Below the pieces are notes generated by a model. The model saw nothing but the letters and a program-made list of their open reading frames with translations. It did not search any database and had not been told where the DNA came from. The position numbers and the translations under genes are program-made. From NCBI GenBank assembly GCA_024704765.1, contig JAKMXF010000343.1, forward strand, positions 1,079,349 to 1,143,348: a stretch of DNA of 64,000 bases, given 5' to 3'. Shown here piece after piece: positions 13,511-26,028 of the stretch. Each line of letters starts with the position of its first letter. Position 1 is the first letter of the stretch. This DNA comes from Oopsacas minuta (lineage: Eukaryota; Animalia; Porifera).

Positions 13511-14710
13511 TATTTATTAGGCATACTCTAAGCAGACATAAGTATTTTACATTATCTGTATATTTTACAATATCTATATATTTACAATATCTGGTGAGTC
13601 AGTTGCGAAACTTCTCAAAACCTCAGGAAACAAAGCTGAACATTTTCGTTCTATTATCTATTCCTTCAATATTTAATCTACTTAATTTTATTGTTAATAA
13701 TGATTTGGCTTTCCTTTTAGCCTTTCTTTCCTCCACTCTTCTTAGGAGACTTTCGATAGGCAATTTGCAGTAGCTACCGGTAACATCTCCCATTTCCTTG
13801 ATAGACTTTTGGTTGAATTGATCTGTCGAGGACCAGATTTACAAGATTCCCCCTATGGGGTTTAGAACTGGTGACCGAGGAGGCCCACTCTATTTTCCCC
13901 AACCATTGTGTAATACTATCTATCTAGTAATGCGTTTAAGGCTACATAATTTCATTCGAAATATTTGACCCATATAATTGCTCAAGTCACAAGCAATCAT
14001 ACTGAATTTCCACATGTACGACAAAAATCGGGTGAAATATGCATTTTCACACATTTTAGGGCCATTACTAGACCATGTTTTAACATTGTTCAAGTCAAAT
14101 TTCAAAATAACACTGAACTGGCTCTATACGTACACATATTTTACCCAAGGATTTATTTTACTCTAGCTTCAAAACTGACCGAGTAATGGCAGTTGAAGAT
14201 GGGTACAGGAAGATTTTTGCTGAATACCACTCTTTGCTAAATACTGACCTGGCTCTAGGCGTGCATAGAGCCAGGTCAGTAATTCTAGAATATTTAGAAT
14301 TAGAATTGAAAAATTTCTGTTCTCGAAAAGATAATATTGGTACATTTTGGAATTCTAGTCAAAAAGTGCCAATTATGATATTATCGAGAACACTAAAATT
14401 GGAACTCAAATATATTATTCATTAACTAATCCATAGTAATGGTTGAGGAAAATATAGTCAGAGAATAGGCTATAGTGACGTAGGCTGTGGTTTGCTAATT
14501 TGACAAAATCGGAGCATAATTTTCAGGATCAATATTAGCAAACATCTCACATGTGTTGATATAATATTCGTTTGGTATTTTGATGTGTTCGACGGGGTAA
14601 AAATAATTTGGAAAAACCAATTATCGGCACAAAAAATAAGTTACACCCTGCAAAAGACAAAAGATATCTATCTAGCTAACAAATTTACAAAAGGGATATC
14701 GTTATATACA

Positions 14711-16396
14711 CTATAGATTATATGCAATGTAGATTGGGTCAAGCTGATCAGATAGAAAAGAGTCCTTAAGATGTAGTCTCTGAATTTCTCCCCTAGAATT
14801 GATAGGGATAGTTTTGGGGTCAACTATTACAACAACTCCAGGGATTACATAGTGTTCCTCAACTAGAGCAGTTGTAATACGTGGAACAACAGATAATGGA
14901 TCTTTGTCTTCTGATTCTAATTCAGCAACAACAACTAAAAGATGATCACCCTCAAACACTGCACTAGTAGTGATAAATTTGTGGCAACGGTTGACAGAAT
15001 TTTCCAAGTCCCTCGGGTAATAACGAGCTGAGTCTAAGTTGAGTGATCCCTCAATAGAACCTACTATGAATAAATGGTATACAATCTGCCCCTCTTCTTC
15101 TTCTTCTCCCTTTATTATGAATCCGAGAAATCCTGAACGTGCATATTGCTGAAGAATTGTATCGCTGCCCTGAATGGATGCCTGAAAATGTTCCTTATGA
15201 ATTTCGGCAGAAATGTCATCACCAATACCATCAAATCCTACGGCATTGTGCTCACTAATTACCCATATCTCTCCTAATTCTCCTTCTCCTAGCAGAGTGC
15301 GAGTATTAGAGTTAACTATCACGACAGTTACGCCTGGTAGCAGGCGGCCTGAAGATGAGAGCAAAATAGAATGAGGAACACCCCTTTCAACGACCTTAAT
15401 TTTGTCTAGTTTCAGTGCTCTCGCATCTAGATAAAGTTGAATTGGTGTAGGTTGCTTAAGACCCTGTACACAAATGGCAGAATTAACCCGACATCCAAAA
15501 GATGTTGATATTGCACGAAAACTTAGTCCTAACCGTGCAAATAACACAGAAAAAGGAGAAATTATATTCATTCTTGGTCTTTCTTCCCCTACTACAACCA
15601 AGGATTGTAAGTTTGAAAGATTGATCCCTTTTGATATAAGATTTTGTGTTGCACTACTTAAATCTCGCAAACAAGTTTCAATGACTGAATAAGTGCAATA
15701 GGTTTCGATTGCTTTATGTTGCGAGAGAACAAAGAACCATAAAGAAGGATTCTGTAACAAGTCTGTAGGGTGGATTAGAATGGTATGTTGTCCTGAAAAG
15801 ACACTACTCAAAAGGTATATCATTAATCCAAGACCTGAAGATGGTTCTAAAATGAGAACTGAAGAGTGGTTAGGGTTTAGTTCGCATGTTTGTTGATGTG
15901 AGCGACAGAAATGCAAACAATTTTGGTGACTGACCTTTGTTCCTGTCAATACGCCAGTGTCAGATACAGTGTAATCAATGTATGCAATCAATTCAGATGT
16001 AGGAGGGTGGTACATCTTTTCTAATCTCTTTCGCCCTATATCTTCGATATCCAAAAGAGGGGGCCAAGTTCGTAATTCGAAATATGTCGAAACCTCCTTG
16101 GACCTAAGTTGACGAATAGTGGAGTGAGAAGTAAGAATGGCAACTGACTTAGATCTTTCTAAGATATGTGAGATCGTAGGAACTAGAGAGTTATAATTCT
16201 GGGAGGTAACATTCCTAATCACCACAGGTATAAGGCCAAGAAGAAGTGAGCCATAAAATCCAGCAATGAGATCGAGGCCCGGGGGAAGTAGAAGTGCAAT
16301 AATATTTCCGCTGATAAGCTTTCCCTTCTCTGAAAGGTAAGCTGCAACTCTCTCTGATTTCTTTAAGAGTGATCTTCCTGTATAACTCAAGGAGAC
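14711..16396 (-). CDS. DIP2: DIP2 homolog, terminal coding exon (second AMP-binding/FAAL-like domain to C-terminus)
   Basis: The ORF matches recalled DIP2 motifs: PPGLDLIAGFYG, RTWPPLLD, AYIDYTVSDTGVLTG, EERPR, STSFGCRVN, LGEIWV, IPINSRGE and the diagnostic end DQLDPIYIAYNL*. Acceptor TTCTGCAG|GTC at 16397/16396, phase 0, 562 codons including the stop. Confidence 0.97.
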   Translation of the reverse strand, partial: VSLSYTGRSLLKKSERVAAYLSEKGKLISGNIIALLLPPGLDLIAGFYGSLLLGLIPVVIRNVTSQNYNSLVPTISHILERSKSVAILTSHSTIRQLRSKEVSTYFELRTWPPLLDIEDIGRKRLEKMYHPPTSELIAYIDYTVSDTGVLTGTKVSHQNCLHFCRSHQQTCELNPNHSSVLILEPSSGLGLMIYLLSSVFSGQHTILIHPTDLLQNPSLWFFVLSQHKAIETYCTYSVIETCLRDLSSATQNLISKGINLSNLQSLVVVGEERPRMNIISPFSVLFARLGLSFRAISTSFGCRVNSAICVQGLKQPTPIQLYLDARALKLDKIKVVERGVPHSILLSSSGRLLPGVTVVIVNSNTRTLLGEGELGEIWVISEHNAVGFDGIGDDISAEIHKEHFQASIQGSDTILQQYARSGFLGFIIKGEEEEEGQIVYHLFIVGSIEGSLNLDSARYYPRDLENSVNRCHKFITTSAVFEGDHLLVVVAELESEDKDPLSVVPRITTALVEEHYVIPGVVVIVDPKTIPINSRGEIQRLHLKDSFLSDQLDPIYIAYNL

Positions 16397-16907
16397 CTGC
16401 AGAAGGAATTACTATTAACACCAATTAAGTAATATTAGGAGTGAATAAACAAAAAATAACAAATAAACACCAATGTATAAGATTATGTAAAGTGCACGCC
16501 ACACGGTTGTCAGTTAATTATCTTTGTGGCAAAATATACATTGATAATCAAATGTGCAAGACTTGGTCACAAGATTCTAGGTTAAATTCAACTATATCAG
16601 GGTTCCGCAACTATATTTTCTGGCAGCATGCGGTCCGAAGGGACATTTGTATTGCATGATAACTCAATGCAAAATTGTATTACATGTGGCCTGTAGTATT
16701 ACATCGCATCAAGTGGTATAACTCGTCCCCCGAGAAAAATCTAGCAATCCATATAATATAGATTGCTAAGATCAGATATACAGTTATTTCATTTTGAATA
16801 AGGTTTGTGAATTTCCATTGAAGCAGTACTTAACATTTTGACAGTCCACCATGGACAATGAGTCCATATAATTCAATTTTGATAAGCCCCACTATTCGTC
16901 ACCAATA

Positions 16908-17021
16908 TAGTCACGGCCGCTTATAGTGAACCGCAAGGAACCCGAAATCTAGTTCAGAATAATTAGACCTCATTAAAATGAAGTTTCTTTTTAATATGAA
17001 CCAATATAAGCGACCTGACTG
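16908..17021. mobile_element. Small Tc1/pogo-type MITE
   Basis: TA|TAGTCACGGCCGCTTATA ... TATAAGCGACCTGACTG|TA; imperfect TIRs with TA flanks. Confidence 0.45.
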
Positions 17022-18204
17022 TACTAATACATGACTATTTTCCTCTATATACATAAGTCAGACATATATGCATTACATAGCAAATAATTCCAGATGTTGG
17101 CATGAACTTTGATCTAATAATATATTTCTACGATTGTCCAAATCATTCTTCCTAGAAAAGAATTATTTTTTCAATTTTGTTTGTCATAGTGATGTACAGT
17201 CAGGCTCGCTTATTCTGAGCCAAGCCAGCGACCTCAATAAAATATTTCTCATTTGTATAATATCAGTTCAATAAGAACAAATTACTGATTTAGTTGAGTG
17301 ATAATTCGGGAGAAGAAGAGTTAGGAGCGTGCTAGATAAACAATGAATTACCACTTGGATTGAGCCACTCTTTTATACGTAAATATTGTTAGTATATAGT
17401 AACAACTTTGATTCTACATTGCCGAAATGTACGAATAACATGTAGTTATAATTCGAATCTTCCTTTTGGATGTTGATTCATTGAGCATATTCAATAGAAG
17501 TATGGATTGAATTGGGAATTCAGAGGTAGTAATAACATGTGCTCGTAGTGCTATATTATTAATTATGACTGACGTCTTAATTAATGATATAGCACTATTA
17601 CTTGTAGATGTTTGGAAGGATCGTACGATCTTAAAGAGTAAGAGCCTAACGCGCTACCCACAACATAGGCTTATTGTGGAATTGAACCATTATGTTAATG
17701 CACTGAAATATTGAGGTCAAATCGCAACGATAAAATTTCGGCTCATTTCGCTAGCATCTGAAATATCAGGTATATGACATATAATGACCTACGAAGCGGA
17801 ATGTAACTGTATTTAACAAATACATACAAAATGTATATTGCCAAAGCAGGTAGTCAATCAGAAAAAATTCCAAACAGAAGTATCCGAAACAGTTCTGATA
17901 AATAATTTCTGCATTCTATAAATCCCTAGCTCGATTGTAATCCCAAACCAGAAGCGTAGACAGGGTGCCGGAAGTGGCGCATTTGGGCCATTTGTGTTTT
18001 CTAGTAAGCCTTTATTTAGAAAAAAGTGCATTCATTCAGACGTCAAACATTATAATATGTGAAATCATCTTAAGATCTTTGTAAACCAAATATTAATAAA
18101 TATTATACAGAATTTGGCTCGTTCTGGAGTTAGAATAAGTACTAGGGATGACACAGCTTTGGGGGTATTCAATTACATAGCCAAGTATGCATAAGGCGTA
18201 ACTG

Positions 18205-21200
18205 CACAACATGCGAAATTTTGAAACGAGGGGCGTAAGCACCGAAATAGTTATCCCTATATTGACTTAGTATTTCATGTTAACTAATATTTCTCAGACT
18301 TTTGCTTTGGGAAAATTCACATTCTCAAGATGTTTTCATTTTTGTTGTTCGTTATGCTCCCAAATTTTTTCAGCCTGCCACCTTATAGAAGAAATTTCCT
18401 AACCAATATGTTCAACAACCCAATCATAAATTACGAATATCTGTACTTATATGATAGATTTTACTCACCTTGAATAGTATACACTGATTCGTTTTAGTTT
18501 CAGTGTTATATTCGATATGTTTACTTGGTGGCACCGAAATTTTTAAGTATCCTACAATCGAATAGTTCCCTTGAGTAACATTTCTCAACTTATCTGTTTT
18601 CACTTACGTACATGTATTTGACCACAACTAAACTAGGAATGTTAGACAGTAACCCATAAAATTATTGATTGCATAAATTTAATTCAAATAATATATTTTA
18701 ATCAATCATCTGTATTTCAATTGACTAAGAACACATCACATCAAATTCGAATATACTAAATTGATTGTACATTTCTAAATGGCAGAATTTCATATGCAAG
18801 CAATTGAGTCAATTTGTCGGATATTCTTTCGGAAATTTGATTCGACCAAATTGAGACCCATTAATGAGGATCGTAAAATGTTTTTGTCAAACTTTATTCA
18901 ATTCAAATAGATGAGGAAATGAAGTGGTCATTTATCCCGAAAATGTAATGTCAAGGTTGTGCCAAGCCACTCTCTCGTCATGTTGAAGATATTTCTAGGT
19001 GTAAACTCCCTATTCTTTGCACAATAGAAACTGAAGAAAGAAGAATAATGCGTAATCATCTTCCATATCTTGAGAGCCTAAAATGAGAACGCAACTCAAT
19101 TTGAAGAGTGTATCGATATATCTGAATCTGATTTCCAACCATCAAAACCAACAAACAAATTCGCTTGGAGACCAACCTTTAGAAGTGTTCAAAATGCTTT
19201 AGCTCTAACATTATTTGTGATTCCTGTACACCATTCAACACTGTCCAGAATATACTAAAATTCTTTGAACAGAATAAAACTATTGCTGAAGAAATTCTTA
19301 CAAATTTTCTGCGTAAACGGGAAAAAGCCAATTCAGTAGAAATAAAGGTTGACAATCTGCTGCGAGAGATTATACAATGGGCGTTTTGGTAGCAACAAGT
19401 CCAAAACATTGATGTTAATAAAATTATTGATTTAAAGCCACATCTTGCTATTTCTAACCGTACACTCATAAAATTTGCCAAAGTAATAAGAAGTATGGTG
19501 TGAAACTCCTAGCCTACGTCTATCATAAGTCAATAAGAGGACCACTTCAGATCATTTTACCCAAACAACCCTCATGTTTGAGCAAAAATCAGCAATGTAT
19601 CAGAGAGAAGTAAGGGTTATCGTAAAGAAAACACCACAATTGTAGATTGTACTGATATAGGAGAGTTATTTCGTAGGGTTGAATCGACCCGAATAACCGA
19701 CTCTGTGCTATACCATTGGGGTTGTGATCATGAACAAGGATTACAAAAGTTTTAGTCCAGCCTACCTATGAAATATCTTTCTCGATAGCGCAAAAGGTAG
19801 CATGCTAGTTGCAGTATCTGATGCCCCAGAAACACCTCACAATTTGCAACAGATATTTAAACATATCCCAGAACTGAACTTAGAGAAACAAATTAATGTG
19901 TTTATATCTGACTTGAAAGTGATTAGCATGGGATGTGGAATAAAGGGGGGAAATGCAAATTCCCCATGTCCGTGTGGTACAAATTTTCGTCCATTGGGCC
20001 AAGCTGGATTTCCTAAACATGAGATCATTATCAAGAGATGTTCGAAATTCTACAATCAAAGTACTTTGAGATCGATGCTATTGCAAACCAATTTCATGGT
20101 GTACGTTCACTTCCACTGTTAAAATTTTGTAATCCCCTCATTGCCTTTCCAATAACAGTTGTACATATTCAGCTAGGTGAGAGAGAGAAACTATTTGATC
20201 GAATGGCGAGAGGAATCTTAGGAGAGTCACAATATAAAATCTTTCCAAAATGAATGTATTTATCCTCTGGTAGGTCCGCCACTTCAATTCCACGGAGGCC
20301 ATTATACAGGGAAAGATAGTGCAAAGCTAATCGACAATTATATGAATCGATCTCAACAATTTCCAATCTCTCAATCTATGATCCCTTTTCTAAGAGGTAC
20401 ATGAATTTAAATTCACGAAGTAATTGGAAAAGCCATGAAAATAATTCCATTAGTGATTTCAGAAAGCAGTGTAATCTCATGCGAAAAGAACTAATAACAA
20501 ATTGCAAACAAAAATATAACAATGAAAATGATATCATGACTTTTTGCGCTAAAATCAATAAATTCATAAAACCACACCGAAAATTCATTTTTGTAATAGA
20601 TCACCTTGAAGAATTCTTGGATCAAGTGAACTGCAATCGAGAAACTGCATTAGGGGCTCTGTATTTTCTCGGAAGAAGTTCTAGAAAGTAGCTATCAGAA
20701 TTTTATTGAATACCTTGCTAACTTTCACGGAGGATTTAGATTACTACGTGCTTTTGTAGCTTCTAATGCTGAACATTGCAACTAGTATATCCAAAAAACA
20801 TAGAATAGAACAAAATTACTAATGTGAATCATCAAAATTAAAGATAGAGATTCTTATAGATATACGTATTTAGTAGCATGTGATATAAGTCTATTATTTT
20901 GGTAAATAATGAAACAAATGAAAGTTGAAAATAATGTAAAATCAAGTTTGCAAACAAGATGAAATTATATGTACAGTTGTAACAAATGGATAATTACTTG
21001 GCATATCCTTTTATAGTAAAATTTGCGATACTTATAGCAATTCGGAATAAAAGAAAAGAGAATATGGTATATCAATATAGAAGAGATCTGAGAAGTAAAA
21101 ACGAATTTCGTTGGCAATTATTTTGATTAAACAATCTCCCACTATGTACATTATTAGTTAGGATAGGAATATCTGTTAAAGATCCTATTTCCTCATTTAT

Positions 21201-21735
21201 AAGTAAAATATTCCAGATATATAGCTGAGCTATCGTGAAGTGCAATTTTTTGTATTACAAAAACTCCATACCCTCATTCCAAAAGTGACTCTCATTAATC
21301 CGAAAAATGACCTGTCTTCGAAGATAGTTAAGTTGATGCATAAAAACTGTACAATAGTATAGCTGAGCTATATGTAAGTTATTTGTATCTGTAATACCAA
21401 AGTAGTCGGAGTCACACTATAAACATATCGGATATAACTCAGAAACTAAAACAGATCAGTGTATACAGTTCAAGGTGAATAAATCTATCATATAAGATAC
21501 ATCTGCGTAATCAATGATTAGATTGTTGAACATATTGGTTAGGAAAATTTCGTTTATAAGGTGACGTGCTGGAAAAATTTGGAGAGCATGACAAATTACA
21601 AAAATGAAGTATCTTGAGAATGTGAATTTTCCCAACGGGAAAATTCTGAGAAATATTAGCTAACGTGGAATACTAAGTTATTATAGGAATAACAATTCCA
21701 GGGCATACACGTCCCGTTTGAAATTTCGCATGGTG
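18205..21735 (+). mobile_element. Decayed Chapaev-type (CMC) transposon with approximately 330-bp diverged TIRs, in the last DIP2 intron
   Basis: 18205-18530 is the diverged reverse complement of about 21410-21735 (CAC..CATGCGAAATTT ... AAATTTCGCATGGTG). Internal transposase relics are listed separately. No clean TSD. Confidence 0.7.
18779..20760 (+). pseudogene. Chapaev-like transposase pseudogene (many frameshifts)
   Basis: Relics occur in the expected order: MAEFHMQAIESICRI (H-x7-C-R), CQGCAKPLSRH, WGCDHEQGLQK (first D), FISDLK..PCPC (second D), VHIQLG, QFHGGHYTG, IDHLEEF, SEEVLESS (E). These parallel the intact ORF at 41665-43659. Confidence 0.75.
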
Positions 21736-22772
21736 AGTAACTAGCAATTATTGGGCTACGGATGCTCTGGTCGATTCAACAATGTAGTTTCTATACTATA
21801 GAAACGAAGAACTTTCCAAATAAATGTATTGCATATTTATAGAACAATAGAAGCATTATTGGCTAAAAGTTTAAGAATGTGAAAATGTGTTTAGTAAGCA
21901 TATCTTTGGTAAAATATGCAATTATTTGAGTATTTCACAAATTGACTAGACTGAAATGACCATAATTCCAAAGATAATCGAGTTTAGAGCGTATATTTAC
22001 AAACTATGTACACTCCATGTGCCAGATTTAGCATGACAAATTTTAGACTTTTGTATCTAAACAGATATTAATATCACTCTACATGTTATCAAAGATAGAC
22101 CAATTCAAGGCAATTTCGCTAACTAATATTTACTGATCAATAAATTGGCACAATTTGAAAGAAATTTGCTCTACTTGACTGAAAAGATGTATACTACAAA
22201 GTTAAAAAGGATTAAACCTATTCCTTCACACTGAAATGAAATTAATACATCTCATATTTGTAGAGCAGAATGATGTAGAGATTTTAAGGAGATTGACATA
22301 TAGGTAACTGTGTGAAAACGTAAAATATCAATGTGATCTACGTGTCCATAATTATTCCACACGCCCAGAATAAATGTCTTTTTATCAGCCAACTTAGGTT
22401 GATATTCGAAAATATTACCAGTTATGGAAAGGTGTGAAAACTCATAACTTACATTCCACATACATTTTCGAAAAATCAATACTACAGTTGGAATCCTAAA
22501 AAGACTTTCCTTACCACAATTGTTGAGAGCCTCTATCAAATTATCTAACTAACTTCGACTGGACGCTATTCGACCCCCAAAGAACATGCCCCAATAAATT
22601 GAATTCTTTAGAGCTCAAAGACTTCTTTCGCTAGATATCAGTGTATACAAATTGTGAGGGCTCTCCGCCAATTTAGGCTCGGCTCCATTATCAAATCTTA
22701 CTATGGATTTCACCCATAAGCAAATTACCGATATTTCAAGCCTGATTGTATAAAGGAAGTAGCATAACAAAC

Positions 22773-23292
22773 CTTCCCTTTAACATCAGAAGTTGAATAC
22801 AGAGGAAGATCTCCATATTTTGTTCCCCTCCACTCCAAAATTTCTCCCATACCTTTGTAATTGTTTCCGATTTCTCGATTAGGTGTAACAGGAGTTCCTT
22901 GCATTTGAGCTAATTTCACACTTCGCATTAATCCTCCAATCGTGAAAGCTGGGCCCAATGATTCAGGATGCCTCCGAAGAACGGGGATATTCGTAATACA
23001 TTGGTGCGGGCACATTAATATATGCTCCAGTTTGAGGGTTCCATCGAGATATCGTGTTTTAGCTTCTGGGATATATATTGAACCGCGAATCTTTGGAAGA
23101 CTATTTGAAGTAACAAGCATAACCCCATAAAGTGAGATGCCATGGATAGTCTCAACTGCTGACACAACTGTGTTCATCCATTTAAAAGCAATGTCATCTT
23201 TTGAATCATCACGTACCTCAGCAATTGCTAAAATACGCTCATCATTGAGAACTGGGACGGAAAAAACAGCAACTCTGTTCTTGAATACAAAT
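22773..23292 (-). CDS. DIP2: DIP2 homolog, internal coding exon (end of first AMP-binding domain and linker)
   Basis: Reads (R)FVFKNRVAVFSVPVLNDERI..FKWMNTVVSAVETIHG..LMCPHQCITNIP..EILEWRG..DVKGK, collinear with DIP2 FVYRGRIAVFSV..QWMSRVLQAIDSIH..LMCPHTCVTNLP. Acceptor CACTTAG|A at 23293/23292; donor AAG|GTTTGT at 22773/22772. In frame with both neighbouring exons. Confidence 0.93.
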
Positions 23293-23470
23293 CTAAGTGA
23301 AGAGATAAATAGAGAAGTGACAATGAATAGATCATCATAATTAGACTAGTGAATTCAATAAACAAAGTATGAGTTGTCTTATACATAAATTTGTAAATGT
23401 AGCTTACACACTGATATTCTTAGACTTGCTATGACGAAGAAGAAATTAGCAGCAAAAATAAAATAAAAAC

Positions 23471-24428
23471 GTGTTCAATTCAATCGTATATTAGGCCGAC
23501 TTTCCGTAGAGCTTGAGAAAAAAACATCTTAGAATATTCGAAAGTACAGCGTTGGTGGATTACGAAAATGTCATCAGAATTGTAAAAATATATGTAGTGA
23601 CTTAGCATTGAGGTTTGAAACAACTTTCCATTCGTGTCTACTATAATGTATTATTTGACCGCCTTTTCATTATTATTGTGATACAAATTTTCTTCCACGT
23701 ACTATTGAGGACTGGTGGATTATGTGTTTAAAATTTCTTTTGAAAATATATATAAATTTTGGAAATATGATATTTTGAAAAATTCAGTGAAGAAAATAGA
23801 CGAGGGTCAATTCAGTCACTAATTTGACTCACTTATACTCATCAGATTTCAACGAAATTAGTATCATTGGGAAGAGGAAAGTTGAACGTTTTAAACAATT
23901 TGTTTTGATTCTAAAAACATGTACTCGTAGTACTGTTTTTGATTAATAATTTTGGTGTCAACGACTCCCTTGAATTTACCCATCTAAAAGTCACAATTCG
24001 ATTCTGAAATTTTATATGCATACTTTTGGTGATATGGACGTGTATGAAAATTGAATTTCATTAAATATATTTACATCTCGTGGAGCTAGAGGAACTCTAA
24101 TTTTAAGTCGGGAGTGAGAGTGGTAGGTGAGCAATCATGTTCTACAAGAAGTAGGGTCAGTTCAAACTCATGTTCTTACCCTAAATCCGAACGAATTTCG
24201 ATTATTTGTATGCCAATCGATATTTGAGACAAAGACGTCTATAACAATATCAATATTTTCGTGAAACACTAAAAATTATCGCCAACAACAGCCTGTAAAA
24301 TCGATAAATTCTCATGGTTTTTGTATATTACCAATTCTAACTTTGACATCAATTCTTGAAGTTATTTCTCATCACAACCCTTCAAAATTTATAGATACCT
24401 TCTTTCGGAACTCATAATTCAATTTCCT
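23471..24428 (+). repeat. Left 958-bp inverted arm
   Basis: Reverse complement of 27333-28290. Coordinate sums are equal at both ends (51761), so there is no net indel. Spot-checked blocks are identical; only two mismatches were seen, both near the outer tip. Confidence 0.95.
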
Positions 24429-26028
24429 TAAACAACAGTGCGTCGCTAGTACTTTTTTCCATTTGGTTGTAGTATATTTTGAAGGGTTCATTTCTATTTT
24501 GATTTAATGTTAAACTTAATTCTTGTACATACATGTGAATACGTATGTAACTAGTAACATTTGCGTCAATCTTATAATTTTTTTCTTTGGAACTAACGTA
24601 TCAATTTTTATCCAGCACCTAAATCTGCTTATTGTCATATGGTGATAAGTATTTGAGATCTAAGTATGACTGTAGCTTAGTGTTCAATAACAGTTTCATC
24701 ATTTTGTAATCTATATTTATACTTGAATTTGAGTTACGAGACGATATGTTTCTTGTTGTGGGCATCATCTACCTCTGATTCAACCTTGCATACAAATTTG
24801 GAGGTGTTGATTTCATTAATTGTATTGATAAAGAAAATTCTGAAGAAAATTACTTTATTTCTTCAATACATCTGAAGGTCAGTTGTGGGTAGATGGTGCA
24901 AAATTCTATGGGTAGTCTAATGCTAGAAATATATCTGGATTTTGCAATCCACTGATGCATGTTGTATTGATTAGTGTTTTCACTTCATTCATGTCATCAC
25001 ATGTGCTTATAGCAATACTCTGTTGAGTGTAGTCCACTGTTAGTTTTGTCGTTGGTTCTAACACAACCTGGTCATAGTTTAGGTGATCAAATGTTTGTTA
25101 AAATATGTCTGTTTAAGTGGAGAAACTTTGAGTATTTTCATTAGTTGGGTATTGGAACAAAGAAAGGAATTCGATACTAATGATATTACCAGCTTACAAA
25201 TATTTATTCTGAATACCTTGTTCGTGTTGAATTTTGGTTAAGGAACCAATTCCCCTTCCCCAGGCGCACAATCCTAAGTGTCATGTAGAAAGTGAGCAAG
25301 TTGTGGATACATTGTTAGGGGTCAGCTCTGGAGTAAACTTTGAGATTAAAAGGTGTGAATGTGGGAAATTTTATCTCGAAATCACTTAATGGGATAGTTT
25401 GTGCATTACTGATTCGAATCATAGAATGTCATCAATCTATATTTGAACGAATGTGTTTTAGCTAAGTTTCATGATGTAAAACTTTGTGTGTTTTGAAGTT
25501 TACCAATTCAATTGATTTTCGATTTTCAGTTATTTTGAGATAATTTATTATTTAGTAACTATGATTTGCTTGAGAGGGCTTCGAAACTGATTAGGTGGGA
25601 GGCCCACACAAAGTAGCACGGTTCTGGCTAGAGCAGAGTGTACCTTTGTAAATTGTTTAGCGATAGATTGTAAAATTATTCTGAATGCTACCTGCATATT
25701 TACCTCTTTGACCATCTTGAGAAAGGAATATTCTGAGAGTGGTATATAATAGTCATCATCTGTGATACTACACAACAAGTAATCTGTATCAAATCTGCTT
25801 GAGTGTAAGTTCATTACAAAGAAGTCTTTAAATGTAAGTATTTGTTGAGGCAAGTTGCAATGGGAACTATAACAATTATGATGATATGACTGCCTATACG
25901 TACCAATGATCTAAGCAAGTGTTATATAGTCTTACGAGTATAGTTTATGCAATTTTCACATCTTAAAACACAATAATTATAGTGAACCAACTGAGGAAAT
26001 TTGAGAAAAAACAAAATATAAATATATA

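Noticed and set aside
14711-16390. Stand-alone bacterial-type acyl-CoA ligase or NRPS adenylation gene acquired by HGT, starting at 16390
   Set aside because: The ORF start is a TTG just inside a canonical acceptor. The sequence splices in frame to two upstream exons and ends in the DIP2-specific LDPIYxAYN motif.
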